Positions 28,416 through 37,446 of a stretch of 64,000 nucleotides of DNA are shown one piece after another. A model generated the notes under the pieces. It saw nothing but the letters and a program-made list of their open reading frames with translations, was not told where the DNA came from and did no database searches. Origin of the DNA: Thermoplasmata archaeon (GTDB taxonomy: Archaea; Thermoplasmatota; Thermoplasmata; Lutacidiplasmatales; UBA184). Numbering within the stretch: position 1 is the first letter of the stretch; each line of letters opens with the position of its first letter. Where the stretch lies: positions 532,335 through 596,334 of the forward strand of contig JAKASQ010000001.1 in NCBI GenBank assembly GCA_021828195.1, read 5' to 3'. The translations under genes were made by a program, and so were the position numbers.

Positions 28416-28775
28416 TCAGAGCGACTGCTCGACGATGCCGCCGAGCTCGCGGGTCAGGAGCTTGGCGATGTCCTCGCGCAGCTTCCTGCGCACCGACTCG
28501 GGCAGGGTCGACAGGCCAAGCCGGGCGGTACACGTTCCGACCTGGAGGAGGGCGGCGTACTCGAGCGCGCGCGCTTCGAGCAACTGACGGACCGAATCCC
28601 GCAGATCCCGGGCCAGCTCCGGGTCCTCCTTGAGGGACTTCTCGATGTGGCGGCGGATCTCGTCCTTGATGATGTCGCGGGTCGCATCGCGAACGATCTC
28701 CTCGGGGCGCAACAGGTCCCGGGTGCCCGCCAAGAGGACATCGATCGGCTCGCCGGAGGAGGAGCCTTCCGCCAT
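28416..28775 (-). CDS. Hypothetical helical protein
   Basis: Protein-like 119 aa (IVRDATRDIIKDEIRRHIEKSLKEDPEL); TATA-like GCTTAT about 25 nt upstream. Confidence 0.75.
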   Translation of the reverse strand: MAEGSSSGEPIDVLLAGTRDLLRPEEIVRDATRDIIKDEIRRHIEKSLKEDPELARDLRDSVRQLLEARALEYAALLQVGTCTARLGLSTLPESVRRKLREDIAKLLTRELGGIVEQSL

Positions 28776-28872
28776 CGAATGGATGAACAGGGGTCGGCCC
28801 ATAAGCGTTGTTGTGGGCCGTGGCGGCGCACCCCGGCGTGGATCGACCTCGGCCCAACCCCGGTGGGCCTCC

Positions 28873-30132
28873 TCAAGCAAGCCGGTTGGGGGAGCGAGGC
28901 CCGGGGCATCCGCGGAGCGTTCGCGGGGAGACCGTGGCTTCGGGGAGGAGCTGGGCGATCGGATCGGAGGCCGCCAATGCGAGCAGGCTCTCGTCGCGAT
29001 GGGCGCCGGCGACCACCCCGATCCCGATCGGGCACCCTCCGACCTCCGCGAGAGGGAGCGCCACCTCGGGCAGCCCGGAGTGACCCGCGACCGAGTTGAG
29101 CGCGAGGGCGCGAGAATAGAAGGACGCCCGTTGGGCGAGCGAACGCCGGCGCGACAGTGCGATGCACGGGCTGGCCGGGAGCACCAAGGCCCGCCCGTTC
29201 CGGACGAGCGCCCGGACCCGACGCGCCACCCGGCGACGGAATCGCGTTTGCTTCGTAACCTCGGCTCGGGTGATCCGGCCGGCGAGCGCGAAGCGCTCGG
29301 CCGTTCGGGGCCCGAAGCGGGGGTGGGCCCGGCGGATCCAGTCGGCATGCTCCGACCAGATCTGAGCGCCTTGGAGCACGCGGTAGGCTTCGTACCATGC
29401 CGCCGGAAGGTCATCGTAGATCCGAACCTCGTCGGTGATCCCTAGCTTCTCGGCCGCCACCCGGAGGGTTCGCGCGGATCGCGGTTCCACCAGATCCCAC
29501 GCATCCGACACGAGCACGTACTGACGAGGGGGTTCCCCCTTCCCGATGGACAGCGCTCGGCCGAATCGCTGGAGGGTGCGACCGTCGCGCGCGAACCAGC
29601 CGACCGTGTCGTAGCTCGGGGCGAGCGGAGTCATGCCTTGTACGGGGAGCCGGCCGTGGGTAGGACGGAAGCCGAAGAGGCCGCAGAAGCTTGCGGGGTT
29701 CCGGACCGAGCCGCCCGTATCGGAACCGAGTGCTCCGTCCACCAGACCCGCCGCGACGGCGGCCGCGGATCCGCTCGACGACCCTCCGGGCAGTCGATTC
29801 GGGCAGCGAGAATTGATGGGCGTTCCATAGTGGAAGTTCGCCCCCTCCAGGCTGAACGCCAGTTCGTCGCAGATCGTCTTGCCCACCATACGAGCTCCCT
29901 GCTCCAGCCACCGCTCGACGGCCGGCGCCGTGGACCGCGCTGGTGCGTGCGTGGTCCGCCAATCCGGGTTCCCGCTACCGGTCCGCTCGCCGCGAATGTC
30001 CAACACGTCCTTGACGGCGAACGTTCGTCCGTTCAGCACTCCGCGTCCCGTCGGGGCACGGAGGACGCGCGGTCCCGGGACAAAGGCCCCGATCGGATCG
30101 ACACGGCGGTCGGGGCGGTTCGGATTGGGCAT
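28873..30132 (-). CDS. Amidase-signature family amidase
   Basis: FAVKD, GKTICDELAFS, PGGSSSGSA, GSDTGGSVRNPASFCG (Ser-cisSer-Lys triad). Confidence 0.92.
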   Translation of the reverse strand: MPNPNRPDRRVDPIGAFVPGPRVLRAPTGRGVLNGRTFAVKDVLDIRGERTGSGNPDWRTTHAPARSTAPAVERWLEQGARMVGKTICDELAFSLEGANFHYGTPINSRCPNRLPGGSSSGSAAAVAAGLVDGALGSDTGGSVRNPASFCGLFGFRPTHGRLPVQGMTPLAPSYDTVGWFARDGRTLQRFGRALSIGKGEPPRQYVLVSDAWDLVEPRSARTLRVAAEKLGITDEVRIYDDLPAAWYEAYRVLQGAQIWSEHADWIRRAHPRFGPRTAERFALAGRITRAEVTKQTRFRRRVARRVRALVRNGRALVLPASPCIALSRRRSLAQRASFYSRALALNSVAGHSGLPEVALPLAEVGGCPIGIGVVAGAHRDESLLALAASDPIAQLLPEATVSPRTLRGCPGPRSPNRLA

Positions 30133-30297
30133 GCGGCGAATAAGGCGCGCCGGAGGAATTAGTCCTCGCTCCGGCGCGTAGAGCTCCCCGACCACGCCCG
30201 CGCGAGCCGGCGGACTCTTCCCCCGGCCGGTGAATTCGCTCCACGGAGACGGGAAGGCGAAAGGTCATTATTCCGGGGCCTCCCCCGTGGGTGCAAG

Positions 30298-32985
30298 ATG
30301 GGGGCCGAAGACCCTGCGGGCAAAGGTCACGGCTTGTCTCGCCTCCTCTTCAAGAACCGGCGACGTCGGCTCGTTCTGGGGGTGTGGATCATCATCCTGC
30401 TCGCCATCGTTCCGATGGCGGCGCTCTCCTCTCAGTACATCAACTACTCCTCCTCGGGCAACGGCGTCTCGGGGAGCCAGTCGCAGCAGGCGCAGAACCT
30501 CCTCGCGCAGGGCCACCCCCAGAACTCGACGCTGTTCGCCGTGGTCGCGAACTCGAGCGCGCAGTACCCGACTCCCCAGGCGTTCTGTTCCCAGGCCCAG
30601 TCGTTCGGCGCGGCGCTCGCCCTGAAGAACTACTCCCACTACGACTATACGGGCTCGATCTGCTACTCGGAAGCGACGCTCCTCAATGAAATCTACGGAC
30701 CCCATCGGAGCACGATCGTCGCGGCGCACTCCTCGTTCGTGAACTACTCCGCGGAAGTGTACGCGTTCCCCCAGAAATTCTACGCCGAGTGGGGGAACCA
30801 GAGCTACACCTACGCCGCGATCAACACCACGTACATCGACGTGGGCGGGCCGTACTCGAACTACACCGCGACCTTCAAGGCCAACCTCCTTCAGAACTAC
30901 TCGACCTCGCTCGCCCCGCTCTCCCAGGTCAATGCAGCAATCTTCTGGTCGGCACCGCCGAGCATCCCTTCGAGCGGCGAGGTGGGCATCATCGTCCTGG
31001 TCTCCGACCTCCAGAACTACACGCGCGCCTACGACCTCGAGACCTCGATCGGGCTCGTGCTGAACCCGGCGGGACCGATCGTGATCGCGCCGAGCGTAGT
31101 TGCCTCCTTCCTCCTCCCAGGGAACGGGGGCTGGAACTACGTCCTCGACAACGGCTGGACGGACATTCCGTTCCCCTTCGAGGACCTCTTCACCGCCCTG
31201 CGCACCCAGTACGTCAGCCCCGACGGGACCACCCAGATCCTGCTCGTCATCTTCAACGTCCCGGATTCCTACCGCGGTCCCGACAACACCTACCCGGCCC
31301 AGATCGCAACCCCGGGCGTCCGCACTCTCGCGACCGAGTACTTCGGCCCCGGCGCGGGGGTCACGGGAAGCGGAGCGATCAGCTACGATACCCAGGCGCT
31401 GACCTCCTCCTCGGATTTCCTCTTCGCCCTAACGTTCGTCTTCCTCGCGATCGCCGTGCTCATCACGCTGAGGTCCTGGGTCGCGCCGCTCCTGACGATC
31501 CTGTTCGTGCTGATCGGCACCCTATTCGGCGATGTGGCAATCTTCACGACGGGCCTCCTCTTCGGTCAGGTCGACTACCTCGTGACGTACACCCTCGAGG
31601 CGGTGACCCTCGGCATCGTCACGGACTATCTGGTGTTCCTCCTCTACCGCTACCGCGAGGAGGTACACCAAGGCGTCGACCCGCAGCTCGCGATCGAGCG
31701 GGCCACGGACACGGCGGGATTCGCCGTGCTCACGAGCGCCGTCATCGTCGCGGTCGGCCTCGGCGTCCTCAGCTTCATTCCCGGCCTTCCGAGCTGGGGG
31801 CCGGTGCTGTTCATCGCCGTCATGCTGATCGGCACCTGCGAGGCGACCTTGCTCCCCGTCCTGACGAGCTACATCGGACCGCGGATCTTCCTGAAGAAGG
31901 CCCGGACCCCCGGCCCGACGAACCCCATCGAGACCACCGGGTTCTACCGCGCCTCCCACTTCTCCGTGCGCCGACGCTACCTTGTGATCGCGCTCGTGGC
32001 CGTCCTCGCGATCCCGGCCATCGCGGTGGCGCTCACGGTCCCGACGACGTACGACGTGACCCAGGGCTTACCGTCCGGTCTGCCGAGCGTGCAGGCCCAG
32101 CAGCAGCTCGACTCCGCGTTCGGATCGAACCAGCTCTACCCGACGTACGTGCTCGTGCAGGATCCCTCCGGATACCTCCTCCCCAGCGGCCAGATCTCTC
32201 CCGCGGGCGCCGCGCAGTTAAACGCAACCGCGAGCCACATCCTCAGCTTCTCGGGCGTCAAATCGGCGATCGGCCCGTACGTCTCCGGGAATCGAACGAC
32301 CTCCGCCACGAAATCGGCCGCCACCACGTTCATCTTCGACAATGGCACCTGGGCGTACTGGGCGGTCTTCACGAACTACAATCCGTTCACCAGCCAGGCG
32401 ATGGACCTCGTCGGCCAGATGCGGTCGAACTCGAGCTGGGTCGTGGGAGGGGTCAGCGCGGCATCGCTCGACCAGAAGAACCAGAACAACATCGTCTACC
32501 CCGAGATCGAGATCCTGATCGTCCTGCTGATCGGAATCGTCCTCGGCTTCGCCTTCCGCTCGCTGTCCTACCCCATCATTTCCCTCACCGGAGTCTACAT
32601 CAGCATCTCGGTGACGGTCGTGCTCCTGTACTGGATCAGCACGTACGTCCTCGGTCAGTCGCTGATCTACCTCATCCCGCTGATCCTGTTCGTGATCCTC
32701 CTGTCGCTCGGGAACGACTACACTGTGTTCATTCTCAGCCGGGTCGTGGAGGAGCGAAAGCTTGCGGAGAAGAAGATCGCCATCCCGCGGGCGATCGCTC
32801 ACTCCGGGGTCGTCGTCACGTCCCTCGGACTGATCCTCGCCGTCTCGCTCGGTTCGCTCGGCCTTCAGCCCATCAGCTTCCTCGAACAACTCGGGATCGC
32901 GTTCGCGATCTCGCTCGTCATCGACACGTTCATTATCCGCCTGTTCTACTTCCCGGCGATGCTGGCGGTCTTCGCCCGCAAGTGA
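30298..32985 (+). CDS. MMPL/RND family transporter
   Basis: Two TM clusters, GIVTDYLVFLLYRYREE and LGNDYTVFILSRVVEE, large extracytoplasmic loops. Confidence 0.92.
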   Translation: MGAEDPAGKGHGLSRLLFKNRRRRLVLGVWIIILLAIVPMAALSSQYINYSSSGNGVSGSQSQQAQNLLAQGHPQNSTLFAVVANSSAQYPTPQAFCSQAQSFGAALALKNYSHYDYTGSICYSEATLLNEIYGPHRSTIVAAHSSFVNYSAEVYAFPQKFYAEWGNQSYTYAAINTTYIDVGGPYSNYTATFKANLLQNYSTSLAPLSQVNAAIFWSAPPSIPSSGEVGIIVLVSDLQNYTRAYDLETSIGLVLNPAGPIVIAPSVVASFLLPGNGGWNYVLDNGWTDIPFPFEDLFTALRTQYVSPDGTTQILLVIFNVPDSYRGPDNTYPAQIATPGVRTLATEYFGPGAGVTGSGAISYDTQALTSSSDFLFALTFVFLAIAVLITLRSWVAPLLTILFVLIGTLFGDVAIFTTGLLFGQVDYLVTYTLEAVTLGIVTDYLVFLLYRYREEVHQGVDPQLAIERATDTAGFAVLTSAVIVAVGLGVLSFIPGLPSWGPVLFIAVMLIGTCEATLLPVLTSYIGPRIFLKKARTPGPTNPIETTGFYRASHFSVRRRYLVIALVAVLAIPAIAVALTVPTTYDVTQGLPSGLPSVQAQQQLDSAFGSNQLYPTYVLVQDPSGYLLPSGQISPAGAAQLNATASHILSFSGVKSAIGPYVSGNRTTSATKSAATTFIFDNGTWAYWAVFTNYNPFTSQAMDLVGQMRSNSSWVVGGVSAASLDQKNQNNIVYPEIEILIVLLIGIVLGFAFRSLSYPIISLTGVYISISVTVVLLYWISTYVLGQSLIYLIPLILFVILLSLGNDYTVFILSRVVEERKLAEKKIAIPRAIAHSGVVVTSLGLILAVSLGSLGLQPISFLEQLGIAFAISLVIDTFIIRLFYFPAMLAVFARK

Positions 32986-33049
32986 GTCCGCGCGCGCCCG
33001 GCGTGAGCGGGAAAGGGCTTATGGCGCGCTCGGCTTCGGCGGGGTCCGT

Positions 33050-33152
33050 GGGCCGGTAGATCAGCGGAAGATCGCTACCTTGGCAAGGTAGAGGCCGCGA
33101 GTTCAAAGGGAGCGGGAAGGAGCGCCCGTTCCGGAAACTCTCGCCCGGTCCA
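33050..33152 (+). tRNA. tRNA-Ala(GGC) with a 31-nt intron in the T-loop (33108-33138, position 59/60)
   Basis: Acceptor GGGCCGG/CCGGTCC-A with G3-U70; anticodon arm CTACC-TTGGCAA-GGTAG; T-arm GCGAG-TTCAAA|intron|T-CTCGC; TATA-like CTTATG at about 33018. Confidence 0.92.
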
Positions 33153-33179
33153 CTTCCCCCGACCGGCTCCTCAGCACAT

Positions 33180-33226
33180 TCGACATATGACGATAGCATG
33201 GACGACAGCAGAGCTATCGATTTATA
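33180..33226 (+). promoter_or_regulatory. Promoter (TTTATA 33221-33226) with upstream inverted repeat CGATAGC-N15-GCTATCG
   Basis: IR arms at 33191-33197 and 33213-33219; TATA ends 23 nt before ATG 33250. Confidence 0.55.
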
Positions 33227-33249
33227 CCCCGCCCGGGGTGGACCGGGGA

Positions 33250-33927
33250 ATGGACGCCGAGATCCGCGAGAAGATCGCCGGCGAGGTCGTCCTCTCCGCT
33301 CATCCCGGCCGCACGCTGCGCAAGTGGCGGGAGGATTTCGACATCAGCCAGCGCGACCTCGCACGCCATCTCGAAACCGTGCCCTCGGTGATCAGCGACT
33401 ACGAGTCCGAACGCCGGGCGAGCCCCGGGGCGGGGTTCATCCGGCGGTACGTCCAGGGGTTGGTCGATCTGGACACCCTGCACGGCAGCCGGGTGGGCCA
33501 GCGCCTCGGAGCCCGGCCCCATTCGGAAGGCATCCTCGGGATGCGGGAGTTCTCGGTCGCCGTGCCCCTGAAAACCTTCGCCGAACGGCTGGACGCGAAG
33601 GCCGTGGGACGGGTCGGCCTCTCGCGCGACATCCACGGCTACACCCTGCTCGACGCGCCCCGCGCGATCCTGTCGATCGACGCGGCCCATTACGTCGAGG
33701 TCTACGGCTGGACGACCCAGCGCGCCCTCATCTTCGCGAACGTCCGCTATGGGCGATCACCGATGGTCGCCATCCGGGCGCACCCTCTCAAACCGGCCGC
33801 GGTCGTGTTCGCCAACCCCGGCCGCATCGACCCGCTCGCGATCCGCCTGAGCGAGGTCGAGAACATCCCTCTCCTCACCACCGCGCTCCCGGCGCCTACG
33901 ATCCTGGAGCGGCTCGAGGAGATGTAA
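33250..33927 (+). CDS. XRE-type HTH transcriptional regulator (COG1709-like)
   Basis: [36 protein letters not shown]; [17 protein letters not shown]. Confidence 0.88.
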   Translation: MDAEIREKIAGEVVLSAHPGRTLRKWREDFDISQRDLARHLETVPSVISDYESERRASPGAGFIRRYVQGLVDLDTLHGSRVGQRLGARPHSEGILGMREFSVAVPLKTFAERLDAKAVGRVGLSRDIHGYTLLDAPRAILSIDAAHYVEVYGWTTQRALIFANVRYGRSPMVAIRAHPLKPAAVVFANPGRIDPLAIRLSEVENIPLLTTALPAPTILERLEEM

Positions 33928-33946
33928 CGCACGGAGATCGAACCAC

Positions 33947-34999
33947 ATGGAAGCAGGCATAGTGAGCTATGGGGCGTATGTGCCGCGGTACCGGATCACG
34001 CCGACCGAGATCGGGAAGGTATGGGGGGTCGACGGCGCGGGCATGGGCCAGGGGCTCAACGTCCACCGCAAGAGCGTACCGGCACCGGACGAGGACACGA
34101 TCACCATCTCGACGGAGGCCCTGCGCACGGCGCTGATCCGCGGAGCGATCGACCCCCAGGAGATTGGGGCCCTCTACGTGGGATCGGAATCCCACCCGTA
34201 CGCGGTCAAGCCGACCGCCACGGTCGTCGCGCAAGCGGTCGGGGCTACCCCGAACCTCACCGCGGCCGACTTCGAGTTCGCGTGCAAGGCCGGTACCGCG
34301 GCGATCCAGACCTGCCTCGGCCTCGTCGAGTCGCGGATGGTTCGATACGGCGTCGCGATCGGCTCGGACACCTCGCAGGGGGCACCCGGCGACGCGCTCG
34401 AGTACAGCGCGAGCGCGGGCGGCGCCGCGTTCGTGATCGGGCGCGAACGGGTCATCTGCTCCTTGCGCAAGACGCTCTCCTACACGACTGATACTCCGGA
34501 TTTCTGGCGTCGAGAGGGCGAACGGTACCCGAGCCATGGGGGCCGATTCACCGGCGAGCCCGCCTACTTCCGCCACGTCACCGAGTGCGGGCGTCGTCTG
34601 ATGGAGGACGTCGGGAGCACGCCGCGGGACTACGCGCACGTCGTCTTCCACCAGCCCAACGGGAAGTTCCCGCAGCGAGTCGGAAAACAGATGGGGTTCA
34701 CCGAGGAGCAGATGCGCCACGGGCTCGTCACACCTTACATCGGCAACACCTACTCCGGCGCGGCCCTGATCGGGCTCGCCAACGTCCTCGATTATGCCCA
34801 GCCCCACGAGCGGATCCTCATGGTCGGGTACGGTTCCGGCGCCGGAAGCGACGCCTTCGATTTCGAGACGACGGAGGAGATCGCCCGCTTCGACCGGGGC
34901 TACGGCCGCCCCGTCCAAGACTACCTCGACCATGGGATCGAGCTTCCGTACGCCGTCTACGCGAAGTTCCGCGGAAAGATCCACATGGGAGGCGGGTAA
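33947..34999 (+). CDS. Hydroxymethylglutaryl-CoA synthase (archaeal)
   Basis: [11 protein letters not shown] (Glu), EFACKAGT (Cys), FHQPNGKFP (His), [17 protein letters not shown]. Confidence 0.95.
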   Translation: MEAGIVSYGAYVPRYRITPTEIGKVWGVDGAGMGQGLNVHRKSVPAPDEDTITISTEALRTALIRGAIDPQEIGALYVGSESHPYAVKPTATVVAQAVGATPNLTAADFEFACKAGTAAIQTCLGLVESRMVRYGVAIGSDTSQGAPGDALEYSASAGGAAFVIGRERVICSLRKTLSYTTDTPDFWRREGERYPSHGGRFTGEPAYFRHVTECGRRLMEDVGSTPRDYAHVVFHQPNGKFPQRVGKQMGFTEEQMRHGLVTPYIGNTYSGAALIGLANVLDYAQPHERILMVGYGSGAGSDAFDFETTEEIARFDRGYGRPVQDYLDHGIELPYAVYAKFRGKIHMGGG

Positions 35000-35001
35000 C
35001 G

Positions 35002-36171
35002 ATGCGCGAGGTCGCCGTTCTCGGCGCTGGACAGACGAAGTTCGGCGAACTGTGGGACCGATCCTTCCGGGAGATCGGCATCGAGGCCGGCCTCCAGGCG
35101 CTGGTGGATGCGAAGCTGGAGTCGGCCCAGCTCCAGGGCCTCTTCCTCGGCAACATGGCCGCCGGCCGCCTGATCGATCAGGAACAGATCGCCCCCCTGA
35201 TCCTCGACTACGCCGGGCTCGGGAATCGCAACCTCCCCGCCGTTCGGGTGGAAGGCGGAGGAGCCTCGGGCGCGCTCGCGCTGCACGCGGGATACCTCGC
35301 GGTGGCGAGCGGGCAGTACGATTTCGTGGTCGTCGGAGGGGCCGAGAAGCTGACGGACGTGCCGGACATCACCGGCAACCAGATCACCGATTCGGCCGCC
35401 GATCACGAGTGGGAGGTCGTCTTCGGCGCCACCCTTCCCGGCCTCTGGGCGCTTATCGCCCGACGCCACATGTACCAGTATGGGACTAAGCGCGAGGAGT
35501 TCGCGGCGGTCCCCGTCCAGGATCACGAGATGGCGGCCAAGAACCCCAACGCGCACTATCGCAACAAGATCACGCTGGAGCAGGTCCTCGGAGCCACGCC
35601 GGTCGCGCAGCCCCTCGGCATGCTCGACTGCGCCCCACTTTCGGACGGGGCCGCCGCGGTCGTGCTCGGCCCGATGGAGGTCGCGCGCAAGTACACGGAC
35701 ACTCCGATCCGCATCTCGGCGAGCCAAGTCGCGTGCGACACGATGGCCCTCCACCACCGACGCGACATTACGACGCTCGATTCGACCGCCGTCGCCGCCC
35801 GGCGCGCCTTCCAGCAGGCCCGGCGGACCCCGGAGAACGTACAGATCGCCGAGATCTTCGACGGCTATTCGATCGGAGCGCTCGTCGCCCTCGAGGACCT
35901 CGGGTTCGTGGCGAAGGGCGCTTCGGGCGCCGCCTTCGCTGCCGGCGAGTTCGGCCGCGGCGGCCGCGTGGTGGTGAACTCCTCGGGAGGACTGAAGGCC
36001 CAGGGGCGCCCCTTCGGAGCCGTGGGGGTCGCGCAGGTCGTCGAGCTGGTCCGCCAGCTCCGCGGCGACGCGAAGGACCGGCAGGTCGCCGGAGCGAACC
36101 TCGGACTCGCGCACGACGTGGGTGGAACGGGAGCTACGAGCGTGGTCCACCTGCTGGAGAGGACCAACTAG
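35002..36171 (+). CDS. Archaeal acetoacetyl-CoA thiolase homolog with catalytic motifs substituted
   Basis: Thiolase fold markers GQTKFGELW, VGGAEKLTD, PLGMLDCAPLSDGAAA, ALEDLGF, SGGLKA; lies between HMGCS and DUF35. Confidence 0.9.
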   Translation: MREVAVLGAGQTKFGELWDRSFREIGIEAGLQALVDAKLESAQLQGLFLGNMAAGRLIDQEQIAPLILDYAGLGNRNLPAVRVEGGGASGALALHAGYLAVASGQYDFVVVGGAEKLTDVPDITGNQITDSAADHEWEVVFGATLPGLWALIARRHMYQYGTKREEFAAVPVQDHEMAAKNPNAHYRNKITLEQVLGATPVAQPLGMLDCAPLSDGAAAVVLGPMEVARKYTDTPIRISASQVACDTMALHHRRDITTLDSTAVAARRAFQQARRTPENVQIAEIFDGYSIGALVALEDLGFVAKGASGAAFAAGEFGRGGRVVVNSSGGLKAQGRPFGAVGVAQVVELVRQLRGDAKDRQVAGANLGLAHDVGGTGATSVVHLLERTN

Positions 36172-36180
36172 GAGGGTACG

Positions 36181-36672
36181 ATGTCGATTGCACGATTCTG
36201 GCGTGAGACGCCTCGCCGGTACAATCTCGGCGGATCGAAGTGCTCGATCTGCAGCACCGTGTACTTCCCGCCCCGCTCCGTATGCCCCACCTGTACTCAC
36301 CACCGCCGCTCGATCGGGAAGATGCAGCCGCTCCAGCTCTGCGGGGATGGAGAGGTCTTCTCGTTCTCCATCGTCCAAGACGCGGCCGAGGGGTTCGAGA
36401 TGCAGGTGCCCTACGTGCTCGCGCTCGTGAAGACGGTGGAGGGGCCGATGCTCACCGGGCAGATCGTCGACGTGGACCCGGCCGAGGTCAAGATCGGAAT
36501 GCCCGTCCACGCGATGTTCCGTAAACTCCGCGAGGAGGGACGCGCGGGCGTCATTCACTACGGCTACAAATTCGCCCCGTCGACCGCCGAGGACCGCCGG
36601 CCCCACCGCGGCGGCTCCCACGAGCCGTCCCCCATGGCGGAGCCTCCGGGGCGGAGCCGGGCCTCGGCGTGA
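36181..36672 (+). CDS. DUF35 Zn-ribbon/OB-fold scaffold protein
   Basis: RFWRE...YNL.G.KCSIC..YFPPR..CPTC, PYVLALV, GVIHYGYKF. Confidence 0.92.
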   Translation: MSIARFWRETPRRYNLGGSKCSICSTVYFPPRSVCPTCTHHRRSIGKMQPLQLCGDGEVFSFSIVQDAAEGFEMQVPYVLALVKTVEGPMLTGQIVDVDPAEVKIGMPVHAMFRKLREEGRAGVIHYGYKFAPSTAEDRRPHRGGSHEPSPMAEPPGRSRASA

Positions 36673-37427
36673 CGGATCGGACAACCTCCGTGGACGCGCG
36701 CGAGAACGAGGAGCCGCCGGCGGACGAGGAGCGGGCCCGGACGTATGCCGAGGGATTCGGCGAGGGAATCCGCACCGCGCTCAAGGACGTCCTCCAACAT
36801 GTCTCCCAAGGCTACACCGTCTCCGAGCTTCGCCTTCTCGTGCAGGGCCGGCTCGCGCGGCTCGGGGACGAGGTCGAGCTCAAACGACGGAGCATGCTCG
36901 GACCCCTCCGAACGCGCGCGGACGTCCTCTTCGCGAACGGGCCGCCGCCCCCGCGTCGCTGGTCGCCCGGCGGAGGGGCCATCCGCGTCGTCCCTCGCCA
37001 AAGCTACCTCGTCAACGAACCGCGGCCCTCCCGCGCCCTCGCGCTGGTCGCGGAGGCCATGGCGAACTTCCCCCGGACGATCCTGCTCTCCTTGCACCCT
37101 CCGGCGCTGCCCGGACTCCCCGCCGCGCGTCGCGTCGAACTCAACCTGACCTCGGTGAGCGGACCGGGCGAGGCCGCCCGCCCGATCCCGCTCGGCCAAA
37201 TCGGGGGCCGGCTACGCGAGGCGATGGCGGGAGGAGCCCTCGTCTATACCGACGCGCTCGACTTCCTGCTCGCCGAAGAGCCCACCGACACGATGGTTCA
37301 GTTCGCGGCCTGGCTCGCCGACGAGGCGCGCAGCACCGACTCGGCGGTCGTCGTATCGATCGACGCCGCGGCGCTCGATCTCAAGCAGTTCACCCGCATC
37401 CAGCGAACGTTCTCGACGCAGGCGTGA
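36669..37427 (+). CDS. Hypothetical protein with C-terminal DUF835-like (degenerate RecA/KaiC fold) domain
   Basis: SYLVNE...LVYTDALDFLL...VVVSIDAAALD pattern; GTG start overlaps DUF35 stop. Confidence 0.6.
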   Translation: MTDRTTSVDARENEEPPADEERARTYAEGFGEGIRTALKDVLQHVSQGYTVSELRLLVQGRLARLGDEVELKRRSMLGPLRTRADVLFANGPPPPRRWSPGGGAIRVVPRQSYLVNEPRPSRALALVAEAMANFPRTILLSLHPPALPGLPAARRVELNLTSVSGPGEAARPIPLGQIGGRLREAMAGGALVYTDALDFLLAEEPTDTMVQFAAWLADEARSTDSAVVVSIDAAALDLKQFTRIQRTFSTQA

Positions 37428-37446
37428 GCCGGAGGAGATCGCACCG

